Virus record (IMG/VR): IMGVR_UViG_3300046780_000484
Location: 1-64,000 of that record
DNA length: 64,000 nt
Strand: one strand, 5' to 3'
Source: a virus
In this document: positions 1 through 9,220 of the stretch, one piece after another
How positions within the stretch are numbered: position 1 is the first letter of the stretch
Layout: each line of letters starts with the position of its first letter
The notes under the pieces: generated by a model
Database searches by the model: none
What the model saw: the letters and a program-made list of their open reading frames with translations, nothing else
What the model was told of the DNA's origin: nothing
Program-made: the position numbers and the translations under genes

Positions 1-2
1 TC

Positions 3-764
3 GCGGTTGCTGAGCTGATCGAACTAGGCGAACTGGCCGTGGACCTCAACTCCGGGCCGGGCGGATGCAACCGCTACAGGGTGATCGCCACGGCTACCCC
101 CCCGGCAAATATTGCCCCCGGCAAATTTTGCCCCCCTGAAAATAATGCCCCCCGGCAGAATTTGCCCCCCGTCGAGTCTGCGCAGTTCAACGGTCACACC
201 CCGGCAGATTCTGCCCCCCCTGCAATTTCTGCCCCCCGGCAGGATCTGCCCCGCCCCCCGGCAGGATCTGCCCCCGGAACCGTAATAGAACCAAAAGCAA
301 AGATCTCTCCTACGGAGAGATCTACTCCCGCCGAAAGTGACGACGCCCCGTCTCTTTTCGCTGCCGATGGCGACGGGACCGCCCCGAAGCCGAAAGCGCG
401 ACGGGGACGGCCGGTCAGCCCGAACGCTGCCGATCCGCTCTTCGCCGAGTGGTATGCCGCCTATCCCGTTCACAAGGCGCGGGGGGATGCCGAGAGGGCG
501 TGGGTCAAGGCGATGCGCGAAGGCGCGGACCCCGCGATCCTCACCGCTGCCGCCAAGCGGTACCACGATGACCCGCTGGTGGTCCGCGGCTTCGGCAAGC
601 ATCCGGCCACGTGGCTCAACGCAAAGTGCTGGCTTGACGAGCCGACGCCGGAACCCGAGGCCGGAACCCTGTCCGGCGTGGTCGTCGATCGCCGCCAGCA
701 AGCCACCAACGACAGGTTTGCCCGCGCCATGGAGCGCGCCCGGGATCGGGAAGGCAGGACATGA
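3..764 (+). CDS. Phage replication initiator (5' truncated by window edge)
   Basis: The frame is open from position 3 (AVAELIELGELAVDLNSGPGGCNRYRV, HTH-like end). It has a Pro-rich iteron-encoded linker and a C-terminal FAEWYAAYP..K..A...W...HPATWLN motif typical of phage replisome organisers, and lies upstream of loader and DnaB. Confidence 0.8.
   Translation, partial: AVAELIELGELAVDLNSGPGGCNRYRVIATATPPANIAPGKFCPPENNAPRQNLPPVESAQFNGHTPADSAPPAISAPRQDLPRPPAGSAPGTVIEPKAKISPTERSTPAESDDAPSLFAADGDGTAPKPKARRGRPVSPNAADPLFAEWYAAYPVHKARGDAERAWVKAMREGADPAILTAAAKRYHDDPLVVRGFGKHPATWLNAKCWLDEPTPEPEAGTLSGVVVDRRQQATNDRFARAMERARDREGRT
100..276 (+). repeat. Iteron-like repeats (phage replication origin) inside the initiator gene
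   Basis: About eight copies of (A/T)(T/C)TGCCCCCC, often preceded by GGCA(G/A)A, e.g. ggcaaatattgcccccgg, ggcagaatttgcccccc, ggcagattctgccccccc, ggcaggatctgccccc. Confidence 0.75.
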
Positions 765-1150
765 CCCCCAGCGAGACCGTCGTACTCACCCGGTACGTTG
801 CCGCCTGCTGCCCGGCGCAGCACTTCGACGACTACACCCCCGACGCCTGGCACAACCTGCTGGACGACCTGCACTTCGCCGACTGCGAAGCCGCGGTCAC
901 CGCACTGGCGAAGGCTCGGCCTTTCATCGCCCCGTGCGACATCCGCGCCGAGGTGAAGCGGGTCCGCGAGGCACGCATCACCTCGGCGAAGATCCCCGCC
1001 CCGCCACCTGAGCTGACCAACGACCCGGACGCCTACAGCGCCGCGCTGCACGCCGCCCGCGTCGCCGCCGCCGACGGGCGCGACCCCGAGTCCGCCATCC
1101 GCGTCGCCGTCAGCTCGTCCCGCCGTGAAATCGAGGCCCCCCGTGACTGA
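761..1150 (+). CDS. Putative helicase loader/inhibitor (G39P-like)
   Basis: ATGA overlap with the initiator; ...DAWHNLLDDLHFADCEAAV...PFIAPCDIR pattern; position between initiator and helicase. Confidence 0.65.
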   Translation: MTPSETVVLTRYVAACCPAQHFDDYTPDAWHNLLDDLHFADCEAAVTALAKARPFIAPCDIRAEVKRVREARITSAKIPAPPPELTNDPDAYSAALHAARVAAADGRDPESAIRVAVSSSRREIEAPRD

Positions 1151-2528
1151 CACCGAGATCCCCGAGCCGTCCCGCCTGAGCCCGGACATCCTTGCCGCCG
1201 AGAAAGCCGTCGCCGGCACGATGCTCAGCTCGCGTACTGCCGCCGAGAACGTGCTGGCCGTGCTGGACGAGGACTGCTTCCGCGTGAACGAGCACCGGGC
1301 CGTCTTCGCCGCGGTGCGCCACGTCGCCGAGGCCGGCGGCGCGCTCGACCCCGCCACGATCCTGGGCCGCCTCGTCGCCGCCGAGCAGGGCGTGTGGCGC
1401 ACCGGGACGGCCGGGGTGATCCTCGCCGGCCTGATGGAGCACGCCACCCCCGCCTACATGGCGCACGCCCGGACGGTGCTCACCGCCGCCCGCATGCGCG
1501 CCCTGGCCGAGATCGGCCCGAGGATCACGGCGATGGTTGCCCAGCCGGGATTCGATCCGGACGAGGGAGCCGACCGGATCAGGCGCCTCATCGACGAGGC
1601 CGCCGGGAAAGGCGACCGGACGGGCGCGCTCCGCACCCAGGCCGAGATCTTCGATGCCGTGGTCGGCCAGCTCGAGCGCGGCGTGGAGCCCGGCCTGCGC
1701 ACCGGCTACAGCGACCTGGACGAGGCGACCGGGGGACTGCGGCCCGGCACCCTGACCGTGATCGGCGCTCGGCCCGGTGTCGGCAAGTCCGTGCTGGCGG
1801 GCTGTATCGCCGACCATGTGGGCACGCGCCTCGGCCTGCCGGTCCTGTTCGCCAGCCTGGAGATGACCGCCGAGGAGCTGATGCACCGGCGCATGGCGGC
1901 CCGCGCCCGCGTCCCGCTGGACGTCATCACCAAGGGCACCCTGACCGACCGGGACTGGGACCGCCTGGCCGCCGCCCGCGAGTACCTCACCGAGTCCGCG
2001 ATCACCGTGGACGACGAGCCGGATGTCTCGCTGGCTCACGTCGCGGCCCGGCTGCGCGGCATGGAACGCGACCAGGCCCCCGCCCGGCTGGCCGTCATCG
2101 ACTACCTCGGCCTGCTGAAGGAGCCGAAGGCCGAGAACCGGCAGGTGGCCGTCGCCCAGTTGGCCCGCGAGTGCAAGAACCTCGCCCGCCGCTACAAGCT
2201 CCCCGTGCTGCTCCTGGTCCAGGTCAAGCGCGAGGCCGAGCACCGGCAGGGCAAGGTCCCGCTGATGTCGGACCTGCGCGAGTCCGGCGAGATCGAGGCC
2301 GCCGCGGACATCGTGCTGCTGCTGCACCGCGAGGACGCCTACGAGATGGAGTCCCCCAGGGCGGGCGAGGCGGACATCATCGTGGCGAAAAACAGGCAGG
2401 GTGCACGCTGCACCATCACAGTTGCCTTCCAGGGTCACTACGGGCGCATGGTCGGCATGACCAAGGACGACATGCACCTCTCCGAGAGCGAATGGTCCCC
2501 CTCCGCAGTGGTCGGCGGCGCGGCATGA
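1143..2528 (+). CDS. dnaB: DnaB-like replicative DNA helicase
   Basis: Walker A GARPGVGKS plus SLEM, VIDYLGL, DLRESGEIEAAAD and IVAKNRQG motifs; N-terminal AEKAV..GTML DnaB_N domain. Confidence 0.95.
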   Translation: MTDTEIPEPSRLSPDILAAEKAVAGTMLSSRTAAENVLAVLDEDCFRVNEHRAVFAAVRHVAEAGGALDPATILGRLVAAEQGVWRTGTAGVILAGLMEHATPAYMAHARTVLTAARMRALAEIGPRITAMVAQPGFDPDEGADRIRRLIDEAAGKGDRTGALRTQAEIFDAVVGQLERGVEPGLRTGYSDLDEATGGLRPGTLTVIGARPGVGKSVLAGCIADHVGTRLGLPVLFASLEMTAEELMHRRMAARARVPLDVITKGTLTDRDWDRLAAAREYLTESAITVDDEPDVSLAHVAARLRGMERDQAPARLAVIDYLGLLKEPKAENRQVAVAQLARECKNLARRYKLPVLLLVQVKREAEHRQGKVPLMSDLRESGEIEAAADIVLLLHREDAYEMESPRAGEADIIVAKNRQGARCTITVAFQGHYGRMVGMTKDDMHLSESEWSPSAVVGGAA

Positions 2529-2722
2529 CCATCCCCTCGCCCCTCGCCGACGCCTGCGAGGCCCACTTCCCCGGCGACTACCCGGCTGTCCTTCCCTGGC
2601 TGGTCCAGGAGTCCGGCAACGGCAGCCTCACGGCGTTCTACTGGTGCCCGTGCGGGCGGAAGTGGACATGCGGCTGGGATGCCTATGCCGCAGGCTGGCC
2701 GACCTCGAGGAGGGCGGCATGA
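2525..2722 (+). CDS. Small Cys-containing phage protein
   Basis: ATGA-coupled to dnaB and to the next gene; YWCPCGRKWTCGW. Confidence 0.6.
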   Translation: MTIPSPLADACEAHFPGDYPAVLPWLVQESGNGSLTAFYWCPCGRKWTCGWDAYAAGWPTSRRAA

Positions 2723-3399
2723 GCACGAGCCCCGCCACGCGGCGGCGCAAGACCACCCGCCCTCACGGCACGGTCCGCTACCGGCACGGCCCCGACGAGA
2801 ACGGCACCCCCGGCAGGCCCTGCCGCTGTGCTGCCTGCCGGGACGCCAAGAGGGTGTACGAGGCACACAGGACCCGGATGATCGCCTACGGCCGGTGGGA
2901 AGGGTACGCCGACGCGACCGGGACCCGCCGCCGCGTCCAGGCGCTGATGCGGAACGGGTGGCCGCTGGCGAAGCTCGCCGCCCGGCTCGGGGTGTCCCGC
3001 GAGTTCGAGACTGTCGCCCGCGGCGAGACCGGCCAGGTGTACCCGGCGACCGCGGAAGCGGTGAGGGCCCTGTACGACGAGCTGTGGGACCAGTCACCGC
3101 CCCGGGAGGCGCGGTATGACCGGATGGGGTCCACGCGGGCCCGGAACCGTGCCATCGCGCTCGGCTACCAGCCTGTCGGGGCCTGGGATGACTCGCCCGG
3201 CCCGCATTTCATCGACGACCCTGCCGCTGTCCCGGTGCCCGGGTGCGTGCGGCAGGACAAGCGCCAGTACGGGTCGCTGACCGAGGAGGCCGCCGAGCTG
3301 GCCGGCCACGGGGAGCACCCCGAGATGATCGCGGTGCGCCTCGGGACGTCGGTGAAGTCGGTGGAGCGGACCCTGACCCGGATCCGGGAGGCAGCATGA
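2719..3399 (+). CDS. Phage DNA-binding protein (HG...CRC..C Zn motif plus HTH)
   Basis: HGTVRY...CRCAACRDA, RRVQALMRNGWPLAKLAARLG and a C-terminal IAVRLGTSVKSVER HTH. Confidence 0.7.
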   Translation: MSTSPATRRRKTTRPHGTVRYRHGPDENGTPGRPCRCAACRDAKRVYEAHRTRMIAYGRWEGYADATGTRRRVQALMRNGWPLAKLAARLGVSREFETVARGETGQVYPATAEAVRALYDELWDQSPPREARYDRMGSTRARNRAIALGYQPVGAWDDSPGPHFIDDPAAVPVPGCVRQDKRQYGSLTEEAAELAGHGEHPEMIAVRLGTSVKSVERTLTRIREAA

Positions 3400-3614
3400 G
3401 CGACTTCGCCGGCCCTGTCCGCGAGTACCTGGCTTACTGCAAGCGGGCGGCGGCCGAACTCAAGCTCCAGGGCTCGCAACTGGACCCGAAGTATCACCCC
3501 ACCGCTGACGGCGCGGTGAAGATGATCCCCCACGGCGGGGACGCGACCCGGGCGAAGGAGATCCGGGCGGCGTTCCGCGAGCTGACCGAGACCACCGAGA
3601 GGACCGAACGATGA
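3396..3614 (+). CDS. Hypothetical phage protein
   Basis: RBS GGGAGG; ATGA coupling on both sides. Confidence 0.6.
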   Translation: MSDFAGPVREYLAYCKRAAAELKLQGSQLDPKYHPTADGAVKMIPHGGDATRAKEIRAAFRELTETTERTER

Positions 3615-4030
3615 GCACCACCGAGACAAGCGCCGAGCAAGAACGCGATGAGGCCCGCGCGGAGGCCGCCGGGGCGAAGCTGGCCGAGGTCCGCGCTGTG
3701 CTGCTGGAAGGCGGGCAGGATAACGGAACGGCGCGCCGTCGCGCCCTGGCCGTCATCGGCAGCGACGAGGGGGCGCCGGATGTGCTCGGCGACCTCAAGG
3801 CCGAACTAGGCGAGGCCCGTTCGGAAGCTCACATGATCCGCGACCACGCCAGCCGCTACCTCCGCGCCGCCTACGGCCCGGACTACATCTACCGCGCCCC
3901 GGAGACGTTCGGGAACCTCCTCGAGCGGTGGATCTGGGCCGTCGCCGCCGGGGTGCCCGAGATGGCCCACGCGTGCATCGCGGACATCGAGCGGCACTGC
4001 GCCGAACGGGACGAGGCCGGTCATGCCTGA
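3611..4030 (+). CDS. Hypothetical phage protein
   Basis: Coupled ORF with GC3-rich codon usage. Confidence 0.6.
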   Translation: MSTTETSAEQERDEARAEAAGAKLAEVRAVLLEGGQDNGTARRRALAVIGSDEGAPDVLGDLKAELGEARSEAHMIRDHASRYLRAAYGPDYIYRAPETFGNLLERWIWAVAAGVPEMAHACIADIERHCAERDEAGHA

Positions 4031-4355
4031 CGAGCCGCAGTCCCTCGGCGAGGTGCTTCACCGTGCACGGCAGGCCGGAGGGGAGCAGCGGCCCCGCAAG
4101 TGGCCCCCCGAGGACTGGGCCGTCCGTGACCCCCGGCTGCGAGCGCTGGACGAGGCGATGGCAGCGGCGGTCGCAGCGGCGGAACGGGAGCGGATCCGCA
4201 CGGCGGTCTCCGGGGTCATCGCTACCTTCCTGGCGCATTACGGGAAGGGGCAGGGCCGGGCGGATGATCTCGGGGAGGCCGTCAGGCAGGTACTGGACCG
4301 GGAGCCGCTGGAAACGCAAGAGCGCAGCGACGACAAGGAGGCAGGAACACCATGA
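4023..4355 (+). CDS. Hypothetical phage protein
   Basis: Overlapping ORF in the early operon. Confidence 0.6.
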   Translation: MPDEPQSLGEVLHRARQAGGEQRPRKWPPEDWAVRDPRLRALDEAMAAAVAAAERERIRTAVSGVIATFLAHYGKGQGRADDLGEAVRQVLDREPLETQERSDDKEAGTP

Positions 4356-4690
4356 GCGCAGCAGACGAGCCCCGCACCACGGAGTACTGGAAGACGGCCC
4401 TGGTCCTCGCCAGGACGGCCATAGACGACTCGGGGCTGCTCTGCCAGGCCGACGCCGACAAGCTGGCCGAGGCGGTCACCGAGCGGCTCCTGGGGGACTT
4501 CCTGGGCATGGCCGAGATGAGCAGCAGCGTCATGTTCGGGATGGACGGCACCGGGCCGTTCTGCTCGTGGTGCGGGCGGATCCCGGGGCCGAGGCTGCCG
4601 AAGGGGCACCCCCAGCACGGCGTGTTCTGCGACTGCAAGCGCGACCCGGCCGCTGAGGCTGAGGAGCCGGGGGAGGGCAAGGCGGCATGA
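4352..4690 (+). CDS. Hypothetical protein with CxxC motifs
   Basis: ATGA coupling; CSWCG...CDC. Confidence 0.6.
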   Translation: MSAADEPRTTEYWKTALVLARTAIDDSGLLCQADADKLAEAVTERLLGDFLGMAEMSSSVMFGMDGTGPFCSWCGRIPGPRLPKGHPQHGVFCDCKRDPAAEAEEPGEGKAA

Positions 4691-4923
4691 CTGCCGGCAC
4701 CCAGTGCGACAACTGCCGTGTGTTCGGCCCGTCTTACGCCCCCGGCTGGTTCTGCGTCGCGCAGCACCCGGCCGAGGACGAGGAGCCGCGTTTCCTCGCC
4801 GCCGCGCTGTTCGGCAGGCCGTCGGAGCCGCTGACGTTCTGCTCGATCAGGTGCCTGGCCGACTGGGCTTATGTCCGCAACGCTGCGGCCGAGGCGGCAG
4901 CGGGAACGGAGGAACGATCATGA
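4687..4923 (+). CDS. Small Zn-finger-like protein
   Basis: QCDNC...FCSIRCL; ATGA coupling. Confidence 0.65.
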   Translation: MTAGTQCDNCRVFGPSYAPGWFCVAQHPAEDEEPRFLAAALFGRPSEPLTFCSIRCLADWAYVRNAAAEAAAGTEERS

Positions 4924-5129
4924 CCATCCGCAAGTTCCGGGAGGGCGTCCTCGCCGCGAACTGCGACGGGGACGACTGCGGCCAGATGTATGCGGACGAG
5001 GAAAGCGGCGACTACCTGTTCATGTCCCCGGAACGGCTGGCGAGGCTCATGAGGGCGGACGGGTGGAGCGCGGATCCGGTGCTGTGCCCGGCCTGCCAGC
5101 CTGCCGGCCTGATCGCGGAGCAGCCGTGA
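4920..5129 (+). CDS. Small Zn-ribbon protein
   Basis: CDGDDCG...GW....LCPAC; ATGA coupling. Confidence 0.65.
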   Translation: MTIRKFREGVLAANCDGDDCGQMYADEESGDYLFMSPERLARLMRADGWSADPVLCPACQPAGLIAEQP

Positions 5130-5428
5130 ACGCGGCCACCCCGAACCCCCGCTTCCGTGCCCGGAGCGACGCCTTCGCCGGCACCCGCGCGGACCACGCG
5201 GGACCCGATGCCGCCGGCCCCCGCTGCCGTAAGCTCCTGGCCGCCTACGAGGTCCGGGGGATACCGGCCCTGCCCGGTGAGTACGCGGCGTGCGGCCGTC
5301 CTGAGGGGCATGGCGGTCAGTGCTACTCGGAGGCTGCGTGGAGGCGGAAACTGGAAGCGAACGCGCGGGGCGTGCATGCTGCCAGGCGGCGGGAAGCGGC
5401 AGCGAGGGAGACCGCAGATGCCGCCTGA
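5126..5428 (+). CDS. Hypothetical phage protein
   Basis: GTGA coupling; CGRPEGHGGQC motif. Confidence 0.55.
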   Translation: MNAATPNPRFRARSDAFAGTRADHAGPDAAGPRCRKLLAAYEVRGIPALPGEYAACGRPEGHGGQCYSEAAWRRKLEANARGVHAARRREAAARETADAA

Positions 5429-5430
5429 CG

Positions 5431-5506
5431 CTACCCGTTTCGGTAAGTCCTCGCAGGTCGGCCCAGTTACCCATTTCGGTAACCCCGGAATTACCTGTTT
5501 CGGTAA
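5431..5506. repeat. Three copies of a quasi-palindromic 16-mer (T/C)TACCYRTTTCGGTAA
   Basis: Copies at 5431-5446, 5467-5482 and 5491-5506, in an AT-richer intergenic gap between convergent genes. Confidence 0.8.
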
Positions 5507-5584
5507 GTCGGTGCAGGTAAATCGGGGGATGTACTGGCTTGCTTCCTGCTGGTACCGTTATCCCCGCCGTGCGGGGCGGGTGGG

Positions 5585-6025
5585 TCACCCCCCGGGCTTC
5601 CGCAGCGGTTCGATGACCCGCCTCCTGTGCGTGGGGCCGACGCCGAGGGCTGCCAGCGCTTCAGCGGTCGTCATCCCGGCCATCTCCAGCAGTCCGAGCC
5701 GAAGTGATTGGGGAGGCAGGTCGGCGGTAGCGAGTGCGACCATCTCAGGGTTGATTTTCCGTCTGCCGCCTGGCATGCACGGCCCGACCAGCTTGGCGAG
5801 GTGCGGCCGGATCGCTTCCCTGTCGTGGGTGCAGAACGTTCTCCACCTCACATGCTTCCCCGGCGCATCCCACTCCAGCGACCGCTCCGACTTGCAGCCC
5901 GGCACGGGACAGTCCGCTCGCCACTGGCCGTTCGGCTCACGGTGCGAGTGGAGCTTTTCGAGGGCTTCACACCAGCAGGCGATAGCGCAGTCTTCTGCGG
6001 TTGGCTCACCGCGACCGCATGCCAC
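5585..6025 (-). CDS. Protein with primase-type Zn-binding domain-like N-terminus and C-terminal HTH
   Basis: WRADCPVPGC...SL.......WRTFCTH; C-terminal GMTTAEALAALGV. Confidence 0.5.
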   Translation of the reverse strand: MACGRGEPTAEDCAIACWCEALEKLHSHREPNGQWRADCPVPGCKSERSLEWDAPGKHVRWRTFCTHDREAIRPHLAKLVGPCMPGGRRKINPEMVALATADLPPQSLRLGLLEMAGMTTAEALAALGVGPTHRRRVIEPLRKPGG

Positions 6026-6167
6026 GCCCGGTTACTCCCTGATGGCGCGCGGAGTGACGACGGGGCGGTATGGCAAAATGACCACTTCCCTTGAAAGAGG
6101 GGAGAAGGCGGGGCCGGCTTGTTTCTTGGTCGGAGCGGGCCGGTCCCGTCGAACTTTCGGAGGCGCC

Positions 6168-6359
6168 CTAGCGGCTCAGGAACGCCTCAACCTCATCGAT
6201 GGATGCGAACACTCTTGGCTTGCCCTTCGCGGGCGTCAGCGTGAACGTGCCGTAGTCCTTGGCGCGAGGGTCACGGCGGCGGGATTTCTCCAGCTTGTAG
6301 CCCTGGTCTTCGGCCCAGCGCCGGAGCCGGTTCTCGCGAACCTTCTCTGCGTTTTCCAT
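6168..6359 (-). CDS. Small basic phage protein
   Basis: KVRENRLRRWAEDQGYKLEKSRRRDPRAKDYG pattern; TATAGT -10 box 6 nt before the ATG. Confidence 0.7.
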   Translation of the reverse strand: MENAEKVRENRLRRWAEDQGYKLEKSRRRDPRAKDYGTFTLTPAKGKPRVFASIDEVEAFLSR

Positions 6360-6403
6360 GCTAGAACTATACCAGAACGATGCCCGTGTGGTACGCTAAG
6401 CGC

Positions 6404-6703
6404 ATGACTGAGACCGTGCCCGAGTTCACCCCGGAAGCAATAAGCGCCGCCCTAATCGCTGCGGACTTCGTTCCGTACGACCCGACCGACGATAGTCCGG
6501 AGGGCTTCGCCGTCGGCGTGCCCAACCTGATGGGCAGCATCGTTGTCCGACTCCGGGGCGTCGACCTCCTGGAGGAAAGCGGTCCGGGCAGTTGGCCGAG
6601 GAAGATCATCAACCGCTACGCGGAGGCTCTTAAGCACGCCGGCTACTCAGCGCGAGTCGTGGTGGACGACGTAATCGTCACCGCCCCGCCTGAGACCCCC
6701 TGA
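6404..6703 (+). CDS. Hypothetical protein
   Basis: TACGCT -10 box 6 nt upstream; RYAEALKHAGYSA motif, shared with 6905-7183. Confidence 0.6.
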   Translation: MTETVPEFTPEAISAALIAADFVPYDPTDDSPEGFAVGVPNLMGSIVVRLRGVDLLEESGPGSWPRKIINRYAEALKHAGYSARVVVDDVIVTAPPETP

Positions 6704-6718
6704 ACGGAGACACCCGAG

Positions 6719-6901
6719 ATGACCACCGAGACCACGTGCCCGGAGTGCGGAGAGACCACGGTCCCCGTCCCCTGCGACGAGTGCCACTTCGGAACCTGCA
6801 TGGCATGCGGCTACCCGTGCGCCTGCCCGGACGTCGAAGAGGCCTACGCCACCGCCAAGGCCGAGAACGACGCCGCCGCCGACCTCGGACCGGAGGCGTA
6901 A
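6719..6901 (+). CDS. Small Cys-rich Zn-binding protein
   Basis: CPECG, CDECH, CMACG; RBS GGAG. Confidence 0.6.
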   Translation: MTTETTCPECGETTVPVPCDECHFGTCMACGYPCACPDVEEAYATAKAENDAAADLGPEA

Positions 6902-6904
6902 CCC

Positions 6905-7183
6905 ATGACCGCGAGCAAGCCCAAGACCCCTACCGCCTCTGGTATCTCCCGCCTGCTTGCCACCGCCGGCCACACCCGCGCTGTCATCAAGTGCAATACC
7001 CGCGCTGATGCCGTGAAGGTCCGCCAGTACTTCCTGATGAGCGGTGCCCCGGAGAGCCGCTACGGGGACAGGCTGCGGCGCTACGCCAAGGCCATTGAGG
7101 CGGCCGGGTACTCCGCTGAGGTGTACGCCTATCACCTGATCGTCACGGCCAGGGCTTCAACTCTGTGCTGTTCGAGCCCGTAG
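6905..7183 (+). CDS. Hypothetical protein
   Basis: RBS GGAGG; RYAKAIEAAGYSA. Confidence 0.6.
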   Translation: MTASKPKTPTASGISRLLATAGHTRAVIKCNTRADAVKVRQYFLMSGAPESRYGDRLRRYAKAIEAAGYSAEVYAYHLIVTARASTLCCSSP

Positions 7184-7229
7184 ACGACGCTGAGCCCGCC
7201 CCTCCCCACCCGGAAGAGGAGACAGGACG

Positions 7230-7484
7230 ATGACCGCTAAAGCCGTCCGCTGCGTCTGGTGCGAGGAGGAACTCGCCCCCGAAGACGCCAAGCCGATCAA
7301 GTACGCGCGACTGCCCAGCGCTCCCGACGAGGAGAACATGCAGTGCCGCGACGAGGCGGCATGCCAGCAGAGGCAGGACCGGATCGACGCCGTGCTCAAC
7401 GCCCGGCTGCAGGCCAAGGGGCTGGGATTCCTGTTCGGCGCCGGGACATCCGCGCCCAGGGCGGGAGAGAGGAACGAGCCGTGA
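7230..7484 (+). CDS. Hypothetical protein with CxxC
   Basis: RBS AGGA; CVWC...CRDEAAC. Confidence 0.6.
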   Translation: MTAKAVRCVWCEEELAPEDAKPIKYARLPSAPDEENMQCRDEAACQQRQDRIDAVLNARLQAKGLGFLFGAGTSAPRAGERNEP

Positions 7485-7954
7485 CCGAATCCCTCAAGGA
7501 CCGCGCCCGCATCCTGGCCGCGTACGCACTGCGCGACGCCCGCGCAGGCGACTACGCGGCAGCCAGCAAGCACGTCCGCGCTTTGAACGCCGAGTGCGGC
7601 GGCGAGGGGACGATGTTCGCCGTCTGCGGCTGGCGCGACACCCTCGCCGCCCATTCGGGCATCAGCGAGAACTCCGGCCCGCTGGCTCTCGGATGGAAAG
7701 ACGCGGACACCGGCCGCATCCACGCCGGCACCGAAGGCGTCCCCGACCGGGTGCGCTGGGCCGGGCAGCTCATCGTCGCCCGCGCCGCACTTGACAAGCC
7801 GATGTTCGACGCGCTGATCGCGGCGCTGCCTGACGATAAGGCCGTGATCGGCTCTTACGTCGGAGCCGTGCTGGAGACCGTCGCTATCACCATGAACGGA
7901 CTGCCGGAGCCCGCCCCTGCGGCTACAGGAGAAGAGGAGACGACCGGTGCCTGA
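7481..7954 (+). CDS. Hypothetical phage protein
   Basis: GTGA coupling; GC3-rich frame. Confidence 0.6.
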   Translation: MTESLKDRARILAAYALRDARAGDYAAASKHVRALNAECGGEGTMFAVCGWRDTLAAHSGISENSGPLALGWKDADTGRIHAGTEGVPDRVRWAGQLIVARAALDKPMFDALIAALPDDKAVIGSYVGAVLETVAITMNGLPEPAPAATGEEETTGA

Positions 7955-8378
7955 TCGGATCCAGCTCCGCCGCGTCAAAGGCTGGCGGATGCCCGAGGGT
8001 GCGGTCAAGGTGGACCGCGCGACCCGGTGGGGCAACATCTTCTGGCCCGGCCAGCGAGTGATCGCGCCGGGCGCGTACGGCTCGCTCGCCTCTCCGTATC
8101 ACGGGTGCCTCCCGTCCGGCCGGTACCAGTTCGGGAGCGGCGGGCCGCGCGACTACGAGATCCGCAGGGTCCGGGACGCGGCCGACGCCGTGGCGCTGTT
8201 CTCGAGTTACGTCCGGGCCGACCCGTCCGGCTGGCCGCCCGACGACATCCGGTACTCGCTCGGCGGCTGCGATCTCGCGTGCTGGTGCGACCTGCCAGCC
8301 GAAGGCGAGCCCGACATCTGCCATGCCGTGATCCTGCTGGCACTAAGCAACGGACAGGAGATGTCCCGCCTTGCCTGA
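7947..8378 (+). CDS. DUF4326-family protein
   Basis: RIQLRRVKGWRMPEGAVKVDRATRWGN...DLACWC....CHA signature. Confidence 0.85.
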   Translation: MPDRIQLRRVKGWRMPEGAVKVDRATRWGNIFWPGQRVIAPGAYGSLASPYHGCLPSGRYQFGSGGPRDYEIRRVRDAADAVALFSSYVRADPSGWPPDDIRYSLGGCDLACWCDLPAEGEPDICHAVILLALSNGQEMSRLA

Positions 8379-8754
8379 CGAAACCCCCGGCCGGGTAGCC
8401 GCCACCCTGGCCGCGATCCGGGAGCGCACCGAGGCTGCGACAGCGGGGCCATGGGCGGCGCACTCTCACCTGCGCCAGTACAGCATCTGGCATGACGAAC
8501 TCGACCAGCCCCTCGCACGTGAGGTCCGCACCTGGGATGACGCCGTGTTCATCTCGGTGGCCCGTACCGTGATGCCCCGTCTCCTCGCTGCCGTAGAGGC
8601 CGCACTGGAACTGGCGGACAAGCTGGAGCCGCAAGGACCGCCGTCTTCCGCTCTCGAAGAGGACCGGATGTGGATCCGCCAGGAATGCGCGGACATGATC
8701 CGCGACACCCTCGGGGCGGCACTGACCGGAGAGGAGACTGGCGATGGCGCGTAA
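8371..8754 (+). CDS. Hypothetical phage protein (Ead/Ea22-like motif)
   Basis: IRERTEAATAGPW...DAVFISVAR..MPRLLA. Confidence 0.6.
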   Translation: MPDETPGRVAATLAAIRERTEAATAGPWAAHSHLRQYSIWHDELDQPLAREVRTWDDAVFISVARTVMPRLLAAVEAALELADKLEPQGPPSSALEEDRMWIRQECADMIRDTLGAALTGEETGDGA

Positions 8755-8947
8755 AAGCCTCGGCTACGTGGTCGTCACCTACGACGAGGGCCGCCGCCCC
8801 TTCGCCGGGTTCTTGTACGACAGCCTGGACAGGGCCACGGCAGATCGTGACGGCATGGAACGGAACAGCGTGAACGCAGTCCACCCGGAACGTCATGTCG
8901 TCGCCGAGGTCTTCGAGGTGGAGGAGGAGGGTGGTCATGACCGCTGA
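8744..8947 (+). CDS. Hypothetical protein
   Basis: RBS GGAG; overlapping ORF. Confidence 0.55.
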   Translation: MARKSLGYVVVTYDEGRRPFAGFLYDSLDRATADRDGMERNSVNAVHPERHVVAEVFEVEEEGGHDR

Positions 8948-9030
8948 CACTGGGGAGCCGGGCGCGGGCACTGAACCACGCCCCGCTGAACCACGGTCCG
9001 GTAGACGACCGCGACAGTTAGGATGCACCC

Positions 9031-9195
9031 ATGAACGTCCTCGCCCGCGAGGTCACCGGATTCCGCGGCACGTGGCGCTACGCCCGCGCCGGCGGCACCG
9101 CGATGCAGCTCCGGTTCGCGCTCATCATGCTCACGATGGCCGCCTGCGCGGGGGTCTGGGCGTGGGCCGCGGTCACCCTGGCGACGAGCCTGTAG
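9031..9195 (+). CDS. Small membrane protein
   Basis: MNVLAREVTGFRGTWRY...FALIMLTMAACAGVWAWAAVTLA, one hydrophobic helix; below the ORF-track cut-off. Confidence 0.5.
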   Translation: MNVLAREVTGFRGTWRYARAGGTAMQLRFALIMLTMAACAGVWAWAAVTLATSL

Positions 9196-9220
9196 CGCCG
9201 CCTCTCCCCCGCTGCTGCCC

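Noticed and set aside
5431-5506. Possible mini CRISPR array
   Set aside because: Repeats are only 16 nt with 8- and 20-nt spacers, and no cas genes are present. No CRISPR array was seen anywhere in the window.
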